DNA from: a virus
Taxonomy: Duplodnaviria > Caudoviricetes
Length of the DNA stretch: 31,516 bases
IMG/VR virus record: IMGVR_UViG_3300020045_009069
Span: 1 to 31,516 of that record
Direction: 5' to 3' (one strand)
Positions 16,748-26,428 of this stretch are shown here, piece by piece. The first letter of the stretch is position 1; each line of letters opens with the position of its first letter. Below the pieces are notes generated by a model, which worked only from the letters and a program-made list of their open reading frames with translations, was not told the DNA's origin and searched no databases. The translations under genes were made by a program, and so were the position numbers.

Positions 16748-17112
16748 TAGAACTAGGAAAAGCTCTAGGAGAGGATACTCTTAGAAGTCGGGCAAATAAA
16801 GAGATAGCAGAAAGGAAAAAAGATGAAAATGTACTTTCTGCTGCTTTTCCTGGTTTAACCTTTGAAGATGAAGAAGAAGAAGAAATTGAGATAGAAAGTT
16901 TCTATCTTTTTGACACGAATAAGGACATTTATGACATTTATAAAATAGCAAGAAATTTTAGACATGAATATACTCTTTGTGAAAATATTCTATTAAAACT
17001 AATAGAAGAAAAGAAATTATCTTTTTCAGAGAGTTTAGAAAAAATAGCATATCTTGATGGAAGTTATCTTGATATAACTATTGAAAAATCAATACCTAAA
17101 AAAGAAGAGTAA
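16741..17112 (+). CDS. gpT-equivalent -1 frame extension (G-T fusion about 272 aa, 16295-17112)
   Basis: 123 open codons (KLIELGKALGEDTLRSRAN...SIPKKEE*) with no in-frame ATG, ending 4 nt before the tape measure start. Confidence 0.85.
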   Translation, partial: KLIELGKALGEDTLRSRANKEIAERKKDENVLSAAFPGLTFEDEEEEEIEIESFYLFDTNKDIYDIYKIARNFRHEYTLCENILLKLIEEKKLSFSESLEKIAYLDGSYLDITIEKSIPKKEE

Positions 17113-17116
17113 ATTT

Positions 17117-20100
17117 ATGGCTGAAAAGATTATAAAGTTAAAACTTCAAGTTGATGTAACAGAAGGAAAAAAACTTGTTCTTATAGCAGGAGAACAAGAA
17201 ACTTCTTTAAAGAAAGTTTTATCTGTAAATGATCTAATTGCCGCACAGTCTAAGAAATCCTTAACAGCGTATAATGAGTTAAGGCTTAAAGTTGCACAGT
17301 ACAATGAAACTTTAAGTCAAGGAGGAAGTGCTGCTAATCTTGTATTTAATCAAGCGCAAAGTTCTCTAGCTAAATATAATAGAACTCTACAAGATACAAT
17401 CCAAGAAACTCAACGTCTTACTTCCATAAGAAACAATCTAACTCTGGGTGCTGCTCCTTCTACGCAAGCAATTCCTGGATTTTCTGCTTCTACAACAGCT
17501 TCTACCACTCCAAATAAGACTGTAACTCCCTTAAGAAATTCATTGACTGGGCAAATACTCCAAACAGAAAAGGAGTATCAAGAAAAAATTCGTATTTTAG
17601 AAGAATCTTCTGCAAGGCATCATAAAGATATTTTAGATCAACAACTTTTTTACGAGAAAGCTAATCTAAAGAGTAGAGAAGTAGCCTATGCTGCTATGTT
17701 TGATGAAATAGCAAAAAAGGAAAAACAACATGCACAATTATTAAAATCTACTAGTGCTATTCCTGGATTTTCTGCTTCTACTATAGCATCTACTATCCCA
17801 CAAAGAGTTACGGCTCCCTTAAGAAATCCCTTAACTGGACAGATAATTCAAAAAGAAACTGAAAGTCTAAAAGAAAACTCAAAAGAATATGATAGAAATA
17901 ATAATCTTTTAGATGTAAATACTCGAAGGCATAAAAGTCTTATTGCTCATATTGCAGAAGCCGTAAGTATTTATAGAGTATATAACTCTATTCTCAATCT
18001 TACAGAAGAAGCTCTTTTAAATATTCCAAAAGCAGGTATACAAGCGCAAGCTTCTCAAGCAGCTATTTTTGGAATATTCGGTTCAGAAAAAGGAAGGGAA
18101 AACTTACAATTTATAAAAGACCTTGGAAATACTGCTGGGCAAGTTGTATCTGATTTGGAACAATCTTATGCTAAGTTCGCTCCTTCTGCTGCTTTGGCTG
18201 GAGCAAATCAAGACCAGATAAATCAAATTTTCCGAGACTTCACAGAAGTTTCTACAATTCTTACTTTGTCTAAAGATAAAGTAGATTCTGTGTTTCTTGC
18301 TTTAGATCAAATATTTTCAAAAGGTGTTGTTCAGTCAGAAGAAATCAAGAAACAATTAGGTAATGCTCTTCCTGGAGCGGTAGAAATTGGAGCAAAAGCT
18401 TTTGGAAAAAGCCCTGCTGCATTTTTGGAAGCAATGAAGAATAATGAAGTAATTGCGAAAGACTTTGTTCCAAAATTTGCAAGACTTTATAGAGAAATTT
18501 TCGGCGGTGTTGATGATAGTGTTTTTAAACTTAATTCTACAAAACTTCTTTCTAATCTTAACCGTTTACAAACCGCTTACACAGAGATAAATCGGAAAGC
18601 TTTCGAAGATACGCAGGGAGCTTTAAATGCCACTGTTAAAGCTGCTGCCGAAGCTGTAGAAGGACTCAACAAAAACTTAGAAGGTACTAAACAAATTCTT
18701 GAAGCTATTTCTGCAATACTTATTGTGAGATTAGGTGTTGCGGCAGTAGCAAATATAAATAAACTAGCGGTAGCTTTTATAGGTTTAAGAGTCCCACAAC
18801 TAGCAGTTTTAGGTGGTGTATCTTTATTAACTACTGAACTTGCTGGGTTAAATATAAAGTACGAAGAAACCACAGGATACACAATAGAGATAGCTGGAGA
18901 ATTTGTCAATCTTGCCGATTTAATTGAAAACGAAGTTATAGTAGTTTTCGAAAAATTCATGGCGCTTTTGGCGACTTTAAGAGATTTCAAAGTAAGAGAT
19001 ATTTTAAAAGACTTTTCTTTTGATGAATTCGGAAAAACTTTCGATAAAAATCTTGCTTTGTTCTCTCAAGGTACTGGGAATGCAGTAACGGATACTATAA
19101 ATGAAAAGAAAGACAAGTATCTAAATTCTTTTAAAAGCGTTCTCGAAATTCAAGAAGCCATAAGAACTAAGGCTTTACAAAACAATGATGATATTACAAA
19201 AGCTTTCCTAAATCTTACTGATTATTCTGCTGCTCCTGAAACTTCTCCTTATCAAGAATCTCAGGCTCAACTTGATGAAATACAGAAAAAGAAAGAAATA
19301 AACTTCGGAAAAGAGCTTAAACTTAATACCGAACTTCTCCAACAAGAAGAAGAAAAGTACAAAGCAAAATTAAAAATTATAGAGTTAAATGAAAAACTCT
19401 TTAATGTATCTTTGCAAGATAAGACTCTTAATATTTCTGAAAATGAAAAAATATCTAAACAAGCAGTTTTTGAACAACAAAGATTTGCCTTAGAAAAAGA
19501 GTATTCCACAAAAAGAATTGCTCTTGCCGAAGAGGGATATGGGAGAGTTTTGTCTGTTACAAAGAAATCCATAACAGACCTAAATAAAGCTCTTGCGGTT
19601 ATTCAAGAAATAGAATCTTCTGGTAATGCTGGAGCAGTATCTAGGACTGGAGCTATAGGATTACGCCAAGTACAACCTTCTACTTTAGCAAGACCTGGGC
19701 TAGAAGGCGTTACTCCTATAAAAGTTCCGCAAAATGTTTTGGATGCAGAAATTGCAGCTAAAGCAGGAAAAATCTCAGAAACACAAAAGAAAATCTTAAA
19801 AGATTATGCTCTTAACAATGTTGATACTTTAGCAAATTTTGGAATAGAATATTATAAGGCTCTTGTAAAACGCTATCAAGGAGACTTGATAAAAGCGGCG
19901 GCTGCTTATAATGCAGGTTTCGGAAATGAAGATAAAGGAATTCGACCAAAAGAAACTCAGGATTATTTATCTAAGTTTGTAAAAGGTTATGGTGGAGAAA
20001 ACCTAGAAACCGCACTCTTAGATCAACAAACTAAAAAACAAACTGCTTTAGATTCTGCGAAAGAAGCTTCGCTACAAAATATTATTGCTTTAAAGCAAAA

Positions 20101-21352
20101 AGAAGCTGATCTTGCAAATAATATTTTCGAAAGAACTAAAGCAGAAATGCAGTTTAAAATAGAGTACGAAGATATTCTAGGAAATACAAGTCAATCAGAA
20201 AAACAAAAAATTAAAGCAGAATTTGAAGAAAGAACTGCCCAAGCAACTAAACTAGGAAGTGAGTTCTTACTTCGTAGATTGCCTGTTTTGCAAAAAGAAA
20301 GAGAACTTGCGGTAGAAATTGCAGATATAAAAAAAAGGTATGAAACAAATGAAAGAAAATTCCAAAATGACCTCCAAGAAATAAACAATAAAGTAGCTAT
20401 AGGTATTCTTTCTCAAAATCAAGCAGTTGCCCAAATATCTTCCACTACCGAGAAACAAGTAGAAACTCAAAACACTTTAATCTTCCAATGGAAGAAACTA
20501 GCAGAAGAAAGTGGAAACGTAAAAGATAATGTAGAAGCAATAGAAGAAATACAATCAAGAATACAAAAAGGGACACAAGCTGCCGCAGCTTTAAAGGTAA
20601 ATAATTTTAGTCCAAAAGCTCAATTAGATTCAGAGACCTCAAATTTAAATAACCTAAAAGCGGAATCTCTTGCTGGGATTGAAACTCAATTTAAGTTAGA
20701 TATAGAGAAGGATTCTCCTTCGGCAGCAGAAGATAGAGCTAAAGCTATAAAGGAAGTTGAAGATAACTATCGACAAAAAAGTTTTATAGCAAACGCAACG
20801 TATTATGAAGGTATAGCAGGAATAGCAGCAGATTCGGCTTTATCTATAACAAAAACTTTCCAAGCAATGTATGGAGAAAGAAGTAAACAAGCGAAAGCTG
20901 CTTTTATTACATATAAAGCTTTTTCTATCTCTGAAACAATTATAGGAACAGCTAAAGCAGCTATTCAGGCTTACGGAGCAATGGCAGGGATTCCTTATGT
21001 TGGGCCTTTTTTAGGGGCTGCTGCTGCTGCTGCTGTTGTAGCTGCTGGAGCTATACAAATTGCAACTATAGTTAATCAACCTTTACCCGCTGCACACGGA
21101 GGATTAACAAATGTTCCGGCGGAACAAACATATCTTTTGGCTGGAGGAGAAAGAGTTTTATCTCCTAATCAAAACAGAGATTTTACGGATGATTTAAGAG
21201 AAAGAAGAGAGAAAAAACAAAAAGAAAATAACGTAATAAATAACATAAGAGTTATTAATGTAACTGATGAAAGTATGGTATATTCAGCTTTAGGAACCGC
21301 TCAAGGGGAAGAAGTTATAATGAATGTCGTAAACAGAAATAGGAATAATTAA
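17117..21352 (+). CDS. Tape measure protein with soluble lytic transglycosylase domain
   Basis: Tape-measure motif LDQIFSKGVVQSEEIKKQLGNALPGA. SLT motifs IESSGN, GAIGLRQV, AAAAYNAG. Start moved to ATG 17117. Confidence 0.93.
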   Translation: MAEKIIKLKLQVDVTEGKKLVLIAGEQETSLKKVLSVNDLIAAQSKKSLTAYNELRLKVAQYNETLSQGGSAANLVFNQAQSSLAKYNRTLQDTIQETQRLTSIRNNLTLGAAPSTQAIPGFSASTTASTTPNKTVTPLRNSLTGQILQTEKEYQEKIRILEESSARHHKDILDQQLFYEKANLKSREVAYAAMFDEIAKKEKQHAQLLKSTSAIPGFSASTIASTIPQRVTAPLRNPLTGQIIQKETESLKENSKEYDRNNNLLDVNTRRHKSLIAHIAEAVSIYRVYNSILNLTEEALLNIPKAGIQAQASQAAIFGIFGSEKGRENLQFIKDLGNTAGQVVSDLEQSYAKFAPSAALAGANQDQINQIFRDFTEVSTILTLSKDKVDSVFLALDQIFSKGVVQSEEIKKQLGNALPGAVEIGAKAFGKSPAAFLEAMKNNEVIAKDFVPKFARLYREIFGGVDDSVFKLNSTKLLSNLNRLQTAYTEINRKAFEDTQGALNATVKAAAEAVEGLNKNLEGTKQILEAISAILIVRLGVAAVANINKLAVAFIGLRVPQLAVLGGVSLLTTELAGLNIKYEETTGYTIEIAGEFVNLADLIENEVIVVFEKFMALLATLRDFKVRDILKDFSFDEFGKTFDKNLALFSQGTGNAVTDTINEKKDKYLNSFKSVLEIQEAIRTKALQNNDDITKAFLNLTDYSAAPETSPYQESQAQLDEIQKKKEINFGKELKLNTELLQQEEEKYKAKLKIIELNEKLFNVSLQDKTLNISENEKISKQAVFEQQRFALEKEYSTKRIALAEEGYGRVLSVTKKSITDLNKALAVIQEIESSGNAGAVSRTGAIGLRQVQPSTLARPGLEGVTPIKVPQNVLDAEIAAKAGKISETQKKILKDYALNNVDTLANFGIEYYKALVKRYQGDLIKAAAAYNAGFGNEDKGIRPKETQDYLSKFVKGYGGENLETALLDQQTKKQTALDSAKEASLQNIIALKQKEADLANNIFERTKAEMQFKIEYEDILGNTSQSEKQKIKAEFEERTAQATKLGSEFLLRRLPVLQKERELAVEIADIKKRYETNERKFQNDLQEINNKVAIGILSQNQAVAQISSTTEKQVETQNTLIFQWKKLAEESGNVKDNVEAIEEIQSRIQKGTQAAAALKVNNFSPKAQLDSETSNLNNLKAESLAGIETQFKLDIEKDSPSAAEDRAKAIKEVEDNYRQKSFIANATYYEGIAGIAADSALSITKTFQAMYGERSKQAKAAFITYKAFSISETIIGTAKAAIQAYGAMAGIPYVGPFLGAAAAAAVVAAGAIQIATIVNQPLPAAHGGLTNVPAEQTYLLAGGERVLSPNQNRDFTDDLRERREKKQKENNVINNIRVINVTDESMVYSALGTAQGEEVIMNVVNRNRNN
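17468..17863 (+). repeat. Two ~108-bp direct repeats in tape measure N-terminus (17468-17575, 17756-17863)
   Basis: AIPGFSASTTASTTPNKTVTPLRNSLTGQILQTEKE versus AIPGFSASTIASTIPQRVTAPLRNPLTGQIIQKETE; 288-nt offset. Confidence 0.9.
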
Positions 21353-21475
21353 ATGAATAAAAAATATACAAATAAAAGAGTTTCTACACTTTTATCTTAT
21401 CCAAAAATCGTATTATCCGTGCTGATTCTACTAATTCCTTTTACTTTTTCTTATTTTTTTATTTCCTTATTTTAA
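21353..21475 (+). CDS. Small single-TM protein, 40 aa (MNKKYTNKRVSTLLSYPKIVLSVLILLIPFTFSYFFISLF)
   Basis: Not in the ORF track. ATG directly follows the tape measure stop, AGGA lies 8 nt upstream, and the ORF fills the gap. Basic N-terminus plus hydrophobic tail. Confidence 0.55.
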   Translation: MNKKYTNKRVSTLLSYPKIVLSVLILLIPFTFSYFFISLF

Positions 21476-21490
21476 GCTGTAGGAGATTTT

Positions 21491-22375
21491 ATGTCGTATG
21501 AAGTAGGAACAGCTACGGACCACAATGACTTGGTAACAAAAATAACTACATTTGTAACAGCTACTCTTCCTTTAGCTAGTAGACATATTGCAAATAGAAA
21601 CACAACAGAAACCAATACTTTAGGGGATTTAGCTAATGAAAAAGTTGTGCTTTTTCAAGCTCCAGGTTTAGGTGGAACTGACCAAATATTCTATGGAATG
21701 AAAATTTATAAAAATGTTTCTTCTGATTATTATAACTTACAAATTAATGCTTTTACTGGTTATGTTTCTGGGAATCTTTTTGAAACTCAACCTGGAAATA
21801 GTATGGGGGCAGGTTCTACAGGTCTAGGTGTAACTTTATGGAATCAGTCTATCCCTTATTGGTTAGTGGCAAACGGACAAGGATTCATTTGTTGTGCAAA
21901 AGTTCAAAATACTTATGTATTTTTTGGGGCAGGTTTTCACCTTAAATATGCCACTTTTGGGCAATACCCCTATCCTATGATTGTTTTTGGTAATTTAACA
22001 TCTGCTTCTGCTACAAGGTATTCTGCAACTACTTGGATAAATGGTTGGAAAGGTAATAGAGCAAATTTTAGAATGCGAGATGTTTCGGGAACTTGGTTGA
22101 CTCCTAGATGTATCCCTTATGAAAATTCTCAAAATATAAGAAACACAAACACAGATTCAAACGTAGCAGCAGGTTATTATGGTTTGCATCCAATAGAACT
22201 GTCAGATACAACCGGAACAGGCAATATATATGGGATGCTAGATTATGTGTTCTATGTTTCTGGTTTTAATAATGCAACAGAGAATACTTTAGTTTCTAAT
22301 GGGATAACTTATGTAGTTTTACGAGACGGAACTTTAACAGGTAATAATGATTATTGTGCTTTGAGGTTAAATTAA
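21491..22375 (+). CDS. Tail tip virion structural protein (D3112/B3-like module, first gene)
   Basis: MSYEVGTA..DL, TQPG, LWNQSIPYWLVANG, QYPYPM, YGMLDYVFYVSGFNNATEN motifs recalled from D3112-type tails; AGGAG RBS. Confidence 0.75.
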   Translation: MSYEVGTATDHNDLVTKITTFVTATLPLASRHIANRNTTETNTLGDLANEKVVLFQAPGLGGTDQIFYGMKIYKNVSSDYYNLQINAFTGYVSGNLFETQPGNSMGAGSTGLGVTLWNQSIPYWLVANGQGFICCAKVQNTYVFFGAGFHLKYATFGQYPYPMIVFGNLTSASATRYSATTWINGWKGNRANFRMRDVSGTWLTPRCIPYENSQNIRNTNTDSNVAAGYYGLHPIELSDTTGTGNIYGMLDYVFYVSGFNNATENTLVSNGITYVVLRDGTLTGNNDYCALRLN

Positions 22376-23532
22376 TGGCTTATTCTACAGGTACACTGAA
22401 CTCAGTAGTAGATTTTCCTTCTATCTTAGATACTTTTCTTTTAGCTAATGGATGGACTAAAACAGTTAATTCTTCTGTAATTACTGGGGTTACTCTTAGC
22501 TATAACGCAGGAGGAACAGGTACTCTTTCTTATTCTGCAAATGCCTTAAATGCTGTTCCTTTAGGTTCTAAATTAACCTTTACAGGTTCTGGAAGTGCTA
22601 ATATCTATTTAACCAGAAAAGGAAGTTCTACTAGCGGTAGTCAAATATCAGATGCTACTTTTACTACTTTAACAGCAGGTTCTTGTACTTTTTCTTGGAA
22701 TACTTATAATAAAGGGACTAAATATTTTAATTTTGCTGGAGCTATACATAGCCAAAATAGTATACAGTATATTTTATTTGATTTATATCATTCAGGAACT
22801 GGGAATCATAATTTAGTTACTCATGCTCAGTCTTGTAGATTTAACCCTGCTTTTTCAAATATACCTTGTACTTATTATTTATTTAGCTCAGGAACACCAG
22901 ATGTAGTTACTGGGGTATTTACCTTTGGAACAGAAGTCCAATGGTTTACTGTAGGAGATTTAGTTAAAGTACATTCTTCGGCATATCCTGGAGGAGAATA
23001 CTTAGCAGCATCCGCTAATATTATCAACAGTATAAGTACAGCTTGGTTAGGATATAATAGTATCGCAGATTCTCAACTAGCTTCTGGACAAAATGTAGGA
23101 GGATATAATGCATTACCTTTTAGTATAGGAATTCCTGGAACTACTCTCGTATCCAATGGAATACTCCATGCTGAAATAGATGGTTTAACTTATACTTTGA
23201 CTGATGGAACTACTCTTGCGTATATCTCAGTTACTCAAAACTGTGCAAGAAAATTATACAGAGGTTTAAATGACTGGAATCAACAAGCACTTTTAGTCGT
23301 ACCTGAAATACAATCTAATGCACTAAGCTCTTTTAAAAAATACCTAGGGTATATGGAGCATTTTAGATATATTAGAATAGATAACTATAACTTAAATGAT
23401 ACAATTACTCTTGGTTCAGATACTTGGAGAGTATTTTCTACGCATAAAAAAGATACAATACTTAGAGCAGGAGGGGGGTCAACCCCCTACTCTACAGGTA
23501 CTTTAGGTTTTGCAGTTAGGTATGTTCCATAG
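22375..23532 (+). CDS. Tail tip virion structural protein (second gene) with inserted beta segment
   Basis: MAYSTGT..FLLANGWT; C-terminal HFRYIRIDNY..TITLGSDTWRVF..STGTLGFAVRY. Start at the TAATG overlap, 22375. Confidence 0.75.
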   Translation: MAYSTGTLNSVVDFPSILDTFLLANGWTKTVNSSVITGVTLSYNAGGTGTLSYSANALNAVPLGSKLTFTGSGSANIYLTRKGSSTSGSQISDATFTTLTAGSCTFSWNTYNKGTKYFNFAGAIHSQNSIQYILFDLYHSGTGNHNLVTHAQSCRFNPAFSNIPCTYYLFSSGTPDVVTGVFTFGTEVQWFTVGDLVKVHSSAYPGGEYLAASANIINSISTAWLGYNSIADSQLASGQNVGGYNALPFSIGIPGTTLVSNGILHAEIDGLTYTLTDGTTLAYISVTQNCARKLYRGLNDWNQQALLVVPEIQSNALSSFKKYLGYMEHFRYIRIDNYNLNDTITLGSDTWRVFSTHKKDTILRAGGGSTPYSTGTLGFAVRYVP

Positions 23533-23541
23533 GAATATATA

Positions 23542-25215
23542 ATGGCAGTTATAGAAGGCAATGAAACATTTCCCTATTATATAAGTCATACACAAGACTT
23601 ATATAATCTTTCGGATAACTTGCATGGATATTTAGTAAATAACTATCCACCTTACGCAAGTGACAGCGGAAGTCTGCCTTTTGACATATTAGACACAGTT
23701 GGACATAACCTCCCGATTGAAACTTCAACATATAGCATATCTTCTGGGCATCTAGTAAACAGTTACCTTAATGATTATTATTTTAGGATACATATTTCAC
23801 CTAATCCTTTAGCTTTAGGCAATATCTTATCCGATCAGACAACTTTTATCGAAGTTTGGAATGCTTTTTTTATCGATAACCCTATTTCATCCATTACAGG
23901 AACTAATGCAGAAGGGATAACAGTAACAAATATAGAAGGTTTGGCTACTTATGCTCCTTTAGAATATAGAATATACAATGTATCTATAACTAAAGCAGGA
24001 GCTATAAATATTAATGCAAGCATACTTTTTAATTTTAATTTTGCTCCATTGATATTGCAAATAACTGGAAGTCGTTTACTTTTTTGGTCATTTTTACCTA
24101 ATATTGTTCACAAAGAACAAAAGAAATTTCTTACAGATGTTTTAACTAGCATATCCTCCGAATCTTTCTTATCTCTCAGAGATGTTCCTAGAGTAGATTA
24201 TATTTATGATTATGTGTTTCGAACAATAGAAGAATATACTTTAGCAAAAAATTTAGCCCACTATGGAACTAATATAGGTTTAGCAACACCTGTATGGTGG
24301 CAAACACAACGTATACCTGCTTTAACTGCCGGCAGCACTTTAATAATTGCAAATACTGCAAATATTGATATAGCTACCGGAGATTTAGGAGTAATTTATG
24401 TAAATTACAAAATTTTTGAACTTATAGAAGTCTTAAGTTTCAATTCAAATACAATAACTACTAAATTGCCTATTCTAGGAACTTTTCCTTCTTGTTGGTA
24501 TATCCCTGTTAAACCTGCAATAAACGAAAGAAATATAACATTTGGGAGAAAAAACGGGGGAGTCAATAGTGCCGAGGGAACTTTTAACGTAATGGCAGGG
24601 AGTTATGCTCCAAGTTTTTCTGGTTATTCTACTTTTAACTCTCTCCCTGTCATAACTAAAGCAACAGTAGTTACTGGTAGTTTACAAGAATTCTCTTCCA
24701 GAGATTCTAATTATATTTCTAATAATATAGGGGATACTTACTTGGAAGAGTATCAAAACTATACCCGTACAAACCAAAATGTTAATGTAGTTGCCAAAGG
24801 GCTTTTTGAAATTCAAATATTAAGAAAGTTCTTAGACTATCTTAGGGGAAGGGCAAATTTATTTTATTTGCCTTCTTTTTCTCCCGACACTGTTCCTTTA
24901 TTGGGATTTTTGGCTACTTCTGCAACACAAGTTACAGTGCAAAACGCTAATTTGAGCTATAATCCGCCTAAATTTATCCGTGCAGTAGGAGATATATCCG
25001 CTAATTTTACGGTCACTGATGTAACTTTAGAGAGTAACGGAACAGAAACTATAAGCTTTTCTCCTGCGAATCCTTTAGTTATAAATAATCTAAAAACTAT
25101 ACAAATATTAACCAAAGTCCGATCACAATCAGATAATTTTGAAATTATTTATAAAGCAAGTGTGCAAAATACTTTTATTGCCCAAGTCACTTTTCCAGTT
25201 ATAGAGGTTATTTAA
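23542..25215 (+). CDS. Tail tip / distal tail-like structural protein (557 aa)
   Basis: DYYFRIHISP..LGNILSDQT..EVWNAF, ITGSR..WSFLPN, LRGRANLFYLPS motifs; synteny. Confidence 0.75.
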   Translation: MAVIEGNETFPYYISHTQDLYNLSDNLHGYLVNNYPPYASDSGSLPFDILDTVGHNLPIETSTYSISSGHLVNSYLNDYYFRIHISPNPLALGNILSDQTTFIEVWNAFFIDNPISSITGTNAEGITVTNIEGLATYAPLEYRIYNVSITKAGAININASILFNFNFAPLILQITGSRLLFWSFLPNIVHKEQKKFLTDVLTSISSESFLSLRDVPRVDYIYDYVFRTIEEYTLAKNLAHYGTNIGLATPVWWQTQRIPALTAGSTLIIANTANIDIATGDLGVIYVNYKIFELIEVLSFNSNTITTKLPILGTFPSCWYIPVKPAINERNITFGRKNGGVNSAEGTFNVMAGSYAPSFSGYSTFNSLPVITKATVVTGSLQEFSSRDSNYISNNIGDTYLEEYQNYTRTNQNVNVVAKGLFEIQILRKFLDYLRGRANLFYLPSFSPDTVPLLGFLATSATQVTVQNANLSYNPPKFIRAVGDISANFTVTDVTLESNGTETISFSPANPLVINNLKTIQILTKVRSQSDNFEIIYKASVQNTFIAQVTFPVIEVI

Positions 25216-25217
25216 AA

Positions 25218-25967
25218 ATGGCAGATGTAACAGAATTATATGAATTTTTTGTAGACGGAATATACTATACTTTTACTCCTAAGTTAACAACTGTAACTTT
25301 TGGAGGAAAAGACTATATACCTGCTCTAATAAAAAGTGGGAATAAAACCTTAACAGATAATGCTTTAAAAAATAGTTTAACAATTAGTTTTATTTTTTCA
25401 AATACATTTGCCAGGAGTATGCTAGCTAATTTTCCAGAAAATCCATTAAGAGTAACTTTGTATAGGAATGAATTAGTCCATTGGGGAGGTCAAGTAGATG
25501 CTATAAATGCTTCTGGAGCATTCATAAACTTAATCTGCACATCAAGTTATACCAAAGCAACTAGACCTATCCTAACAAGAAAAGTGCAAATACTTTGTCC
25601 CTATACTTTATACGGAGCATCCTGTTTAGCCGATAAAAGTCTTTTCAGTTTTACAGTTACCATAAACACAATCAGCAGTGACGGAATTTTCATAACTGTT
25701 ACAGGGATTACACAAGCAAATAATTATTTCTTGGACGGACAATTTATATGGAATGGGCAAACTAGAAATATATTAAAACAAACAGGGGGAAGCTTAAGAA
25801 TTTCTCATCCACTTGTAGGAACTCCTACTGGATTGGCAGTTGTTGTTGCTGGATGCGATAAGAAAGAAACTACTTGTTTAACTAAATTTAATAATGTTGT
25901 AAATCATGGAGGGTTCAGAAGATTGCCGACTCAATCCCCCTACAATGCTCAAGGAGTACATAAATGA
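25218..25967 (+). CDS. Tail hub protein, DUF2163/Phage_BR0599 family
   Basis: ELYEF, CPYTLYGASC, GCDK..TC..KFNNVVNHGGF: the four-Cys BR0599 signature. Confidence 0.88.
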   Translation: MADVTELYEFFVDGIYYTFTPKLTTVTFGGKDYIPALIKSGNKTLTDNALKNSLTISFIFSNTFARSMLANFPENPLRVTLYRNELVHWGGQVDAINASGAFINLICTSSYTKATRPILTRKVQILCPYTLYGASCLADKSLFSFTVTINTISSDGIFITVTGITQANNYFLDGQFIWNGQTRNILKQTGGSLRISHPLVGTPTGLAVVVAGCDKKETTCLTKFNNVVNHGGFRRLPTQSPYNAQGVHK

Positions 25968-26203
25968 AACTAGGTAATTTCGTAGACATTCTTTTTGGTG
26001 CGCCTGTCTTTTTTCTTTATGAACTATTCAAACCAAAACCTCCGAAACAGGAACCTCCTAATTTAGCAGATTTTCCAATAACAGAACAAGGAATACCTAT
26101 ACCTTTACTTTACGGTACAAGACTTATAGAAAATCCTATAGTTGCAAATTATTGGGATTTACGTATTGTTGCAGCCGCAAAAGAAGGAGGTAAGAAACAA
26201 TGA
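25964..26203 (+). CDS. Small tail assembly protein
   Basis: PKPP..DFPITEQGIPIPLLYGTRLIENP motif; ATGA-coupled. Confidence 0.8.
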   Translation: MKLGNFVDILFGAPVFFLYELFKPKPPKQEPPNLADFPITEQGIPIPLLYGTRLIENPIVANYWDLRIVAAAKEGGKKQ

Positions 26204-26427
26204 CAAAAGAAGAAGAAAACAATATCACAATCACTATGCAAGATGCAAGGGAGTTTACTGAATTTGGTATGGAAGGTTGCGTAGCTGGATGGCGTTTATT
26301 TGTAGAAAGTAATGGTTATAATTGGAAAGAAGTTGTTTTGAATGGGTTAACTGTAAAGCAACTAAGAGATACTGATGATGCTATGGCTTTAAACTTAGTA
26401 AATTTTATTTTAACTAGAGATTCTTAA
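26200..26427 (+). CDS. Small tail assembly protein/chaperone (D3112-like)
   Basis: CVAGWRLFVESNGYNW..NGL..L..TDDAMA motif; ATGA-coupled. Confidence 0.75.
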   Translation: MTKEEENNITITMQDAREFTEFGMEGCVAGWRLFVESNGYNWKEVVLNGLTVKQLRDTDDAMALNLVNFILTRDS

Positions 26428-26428
26428 A

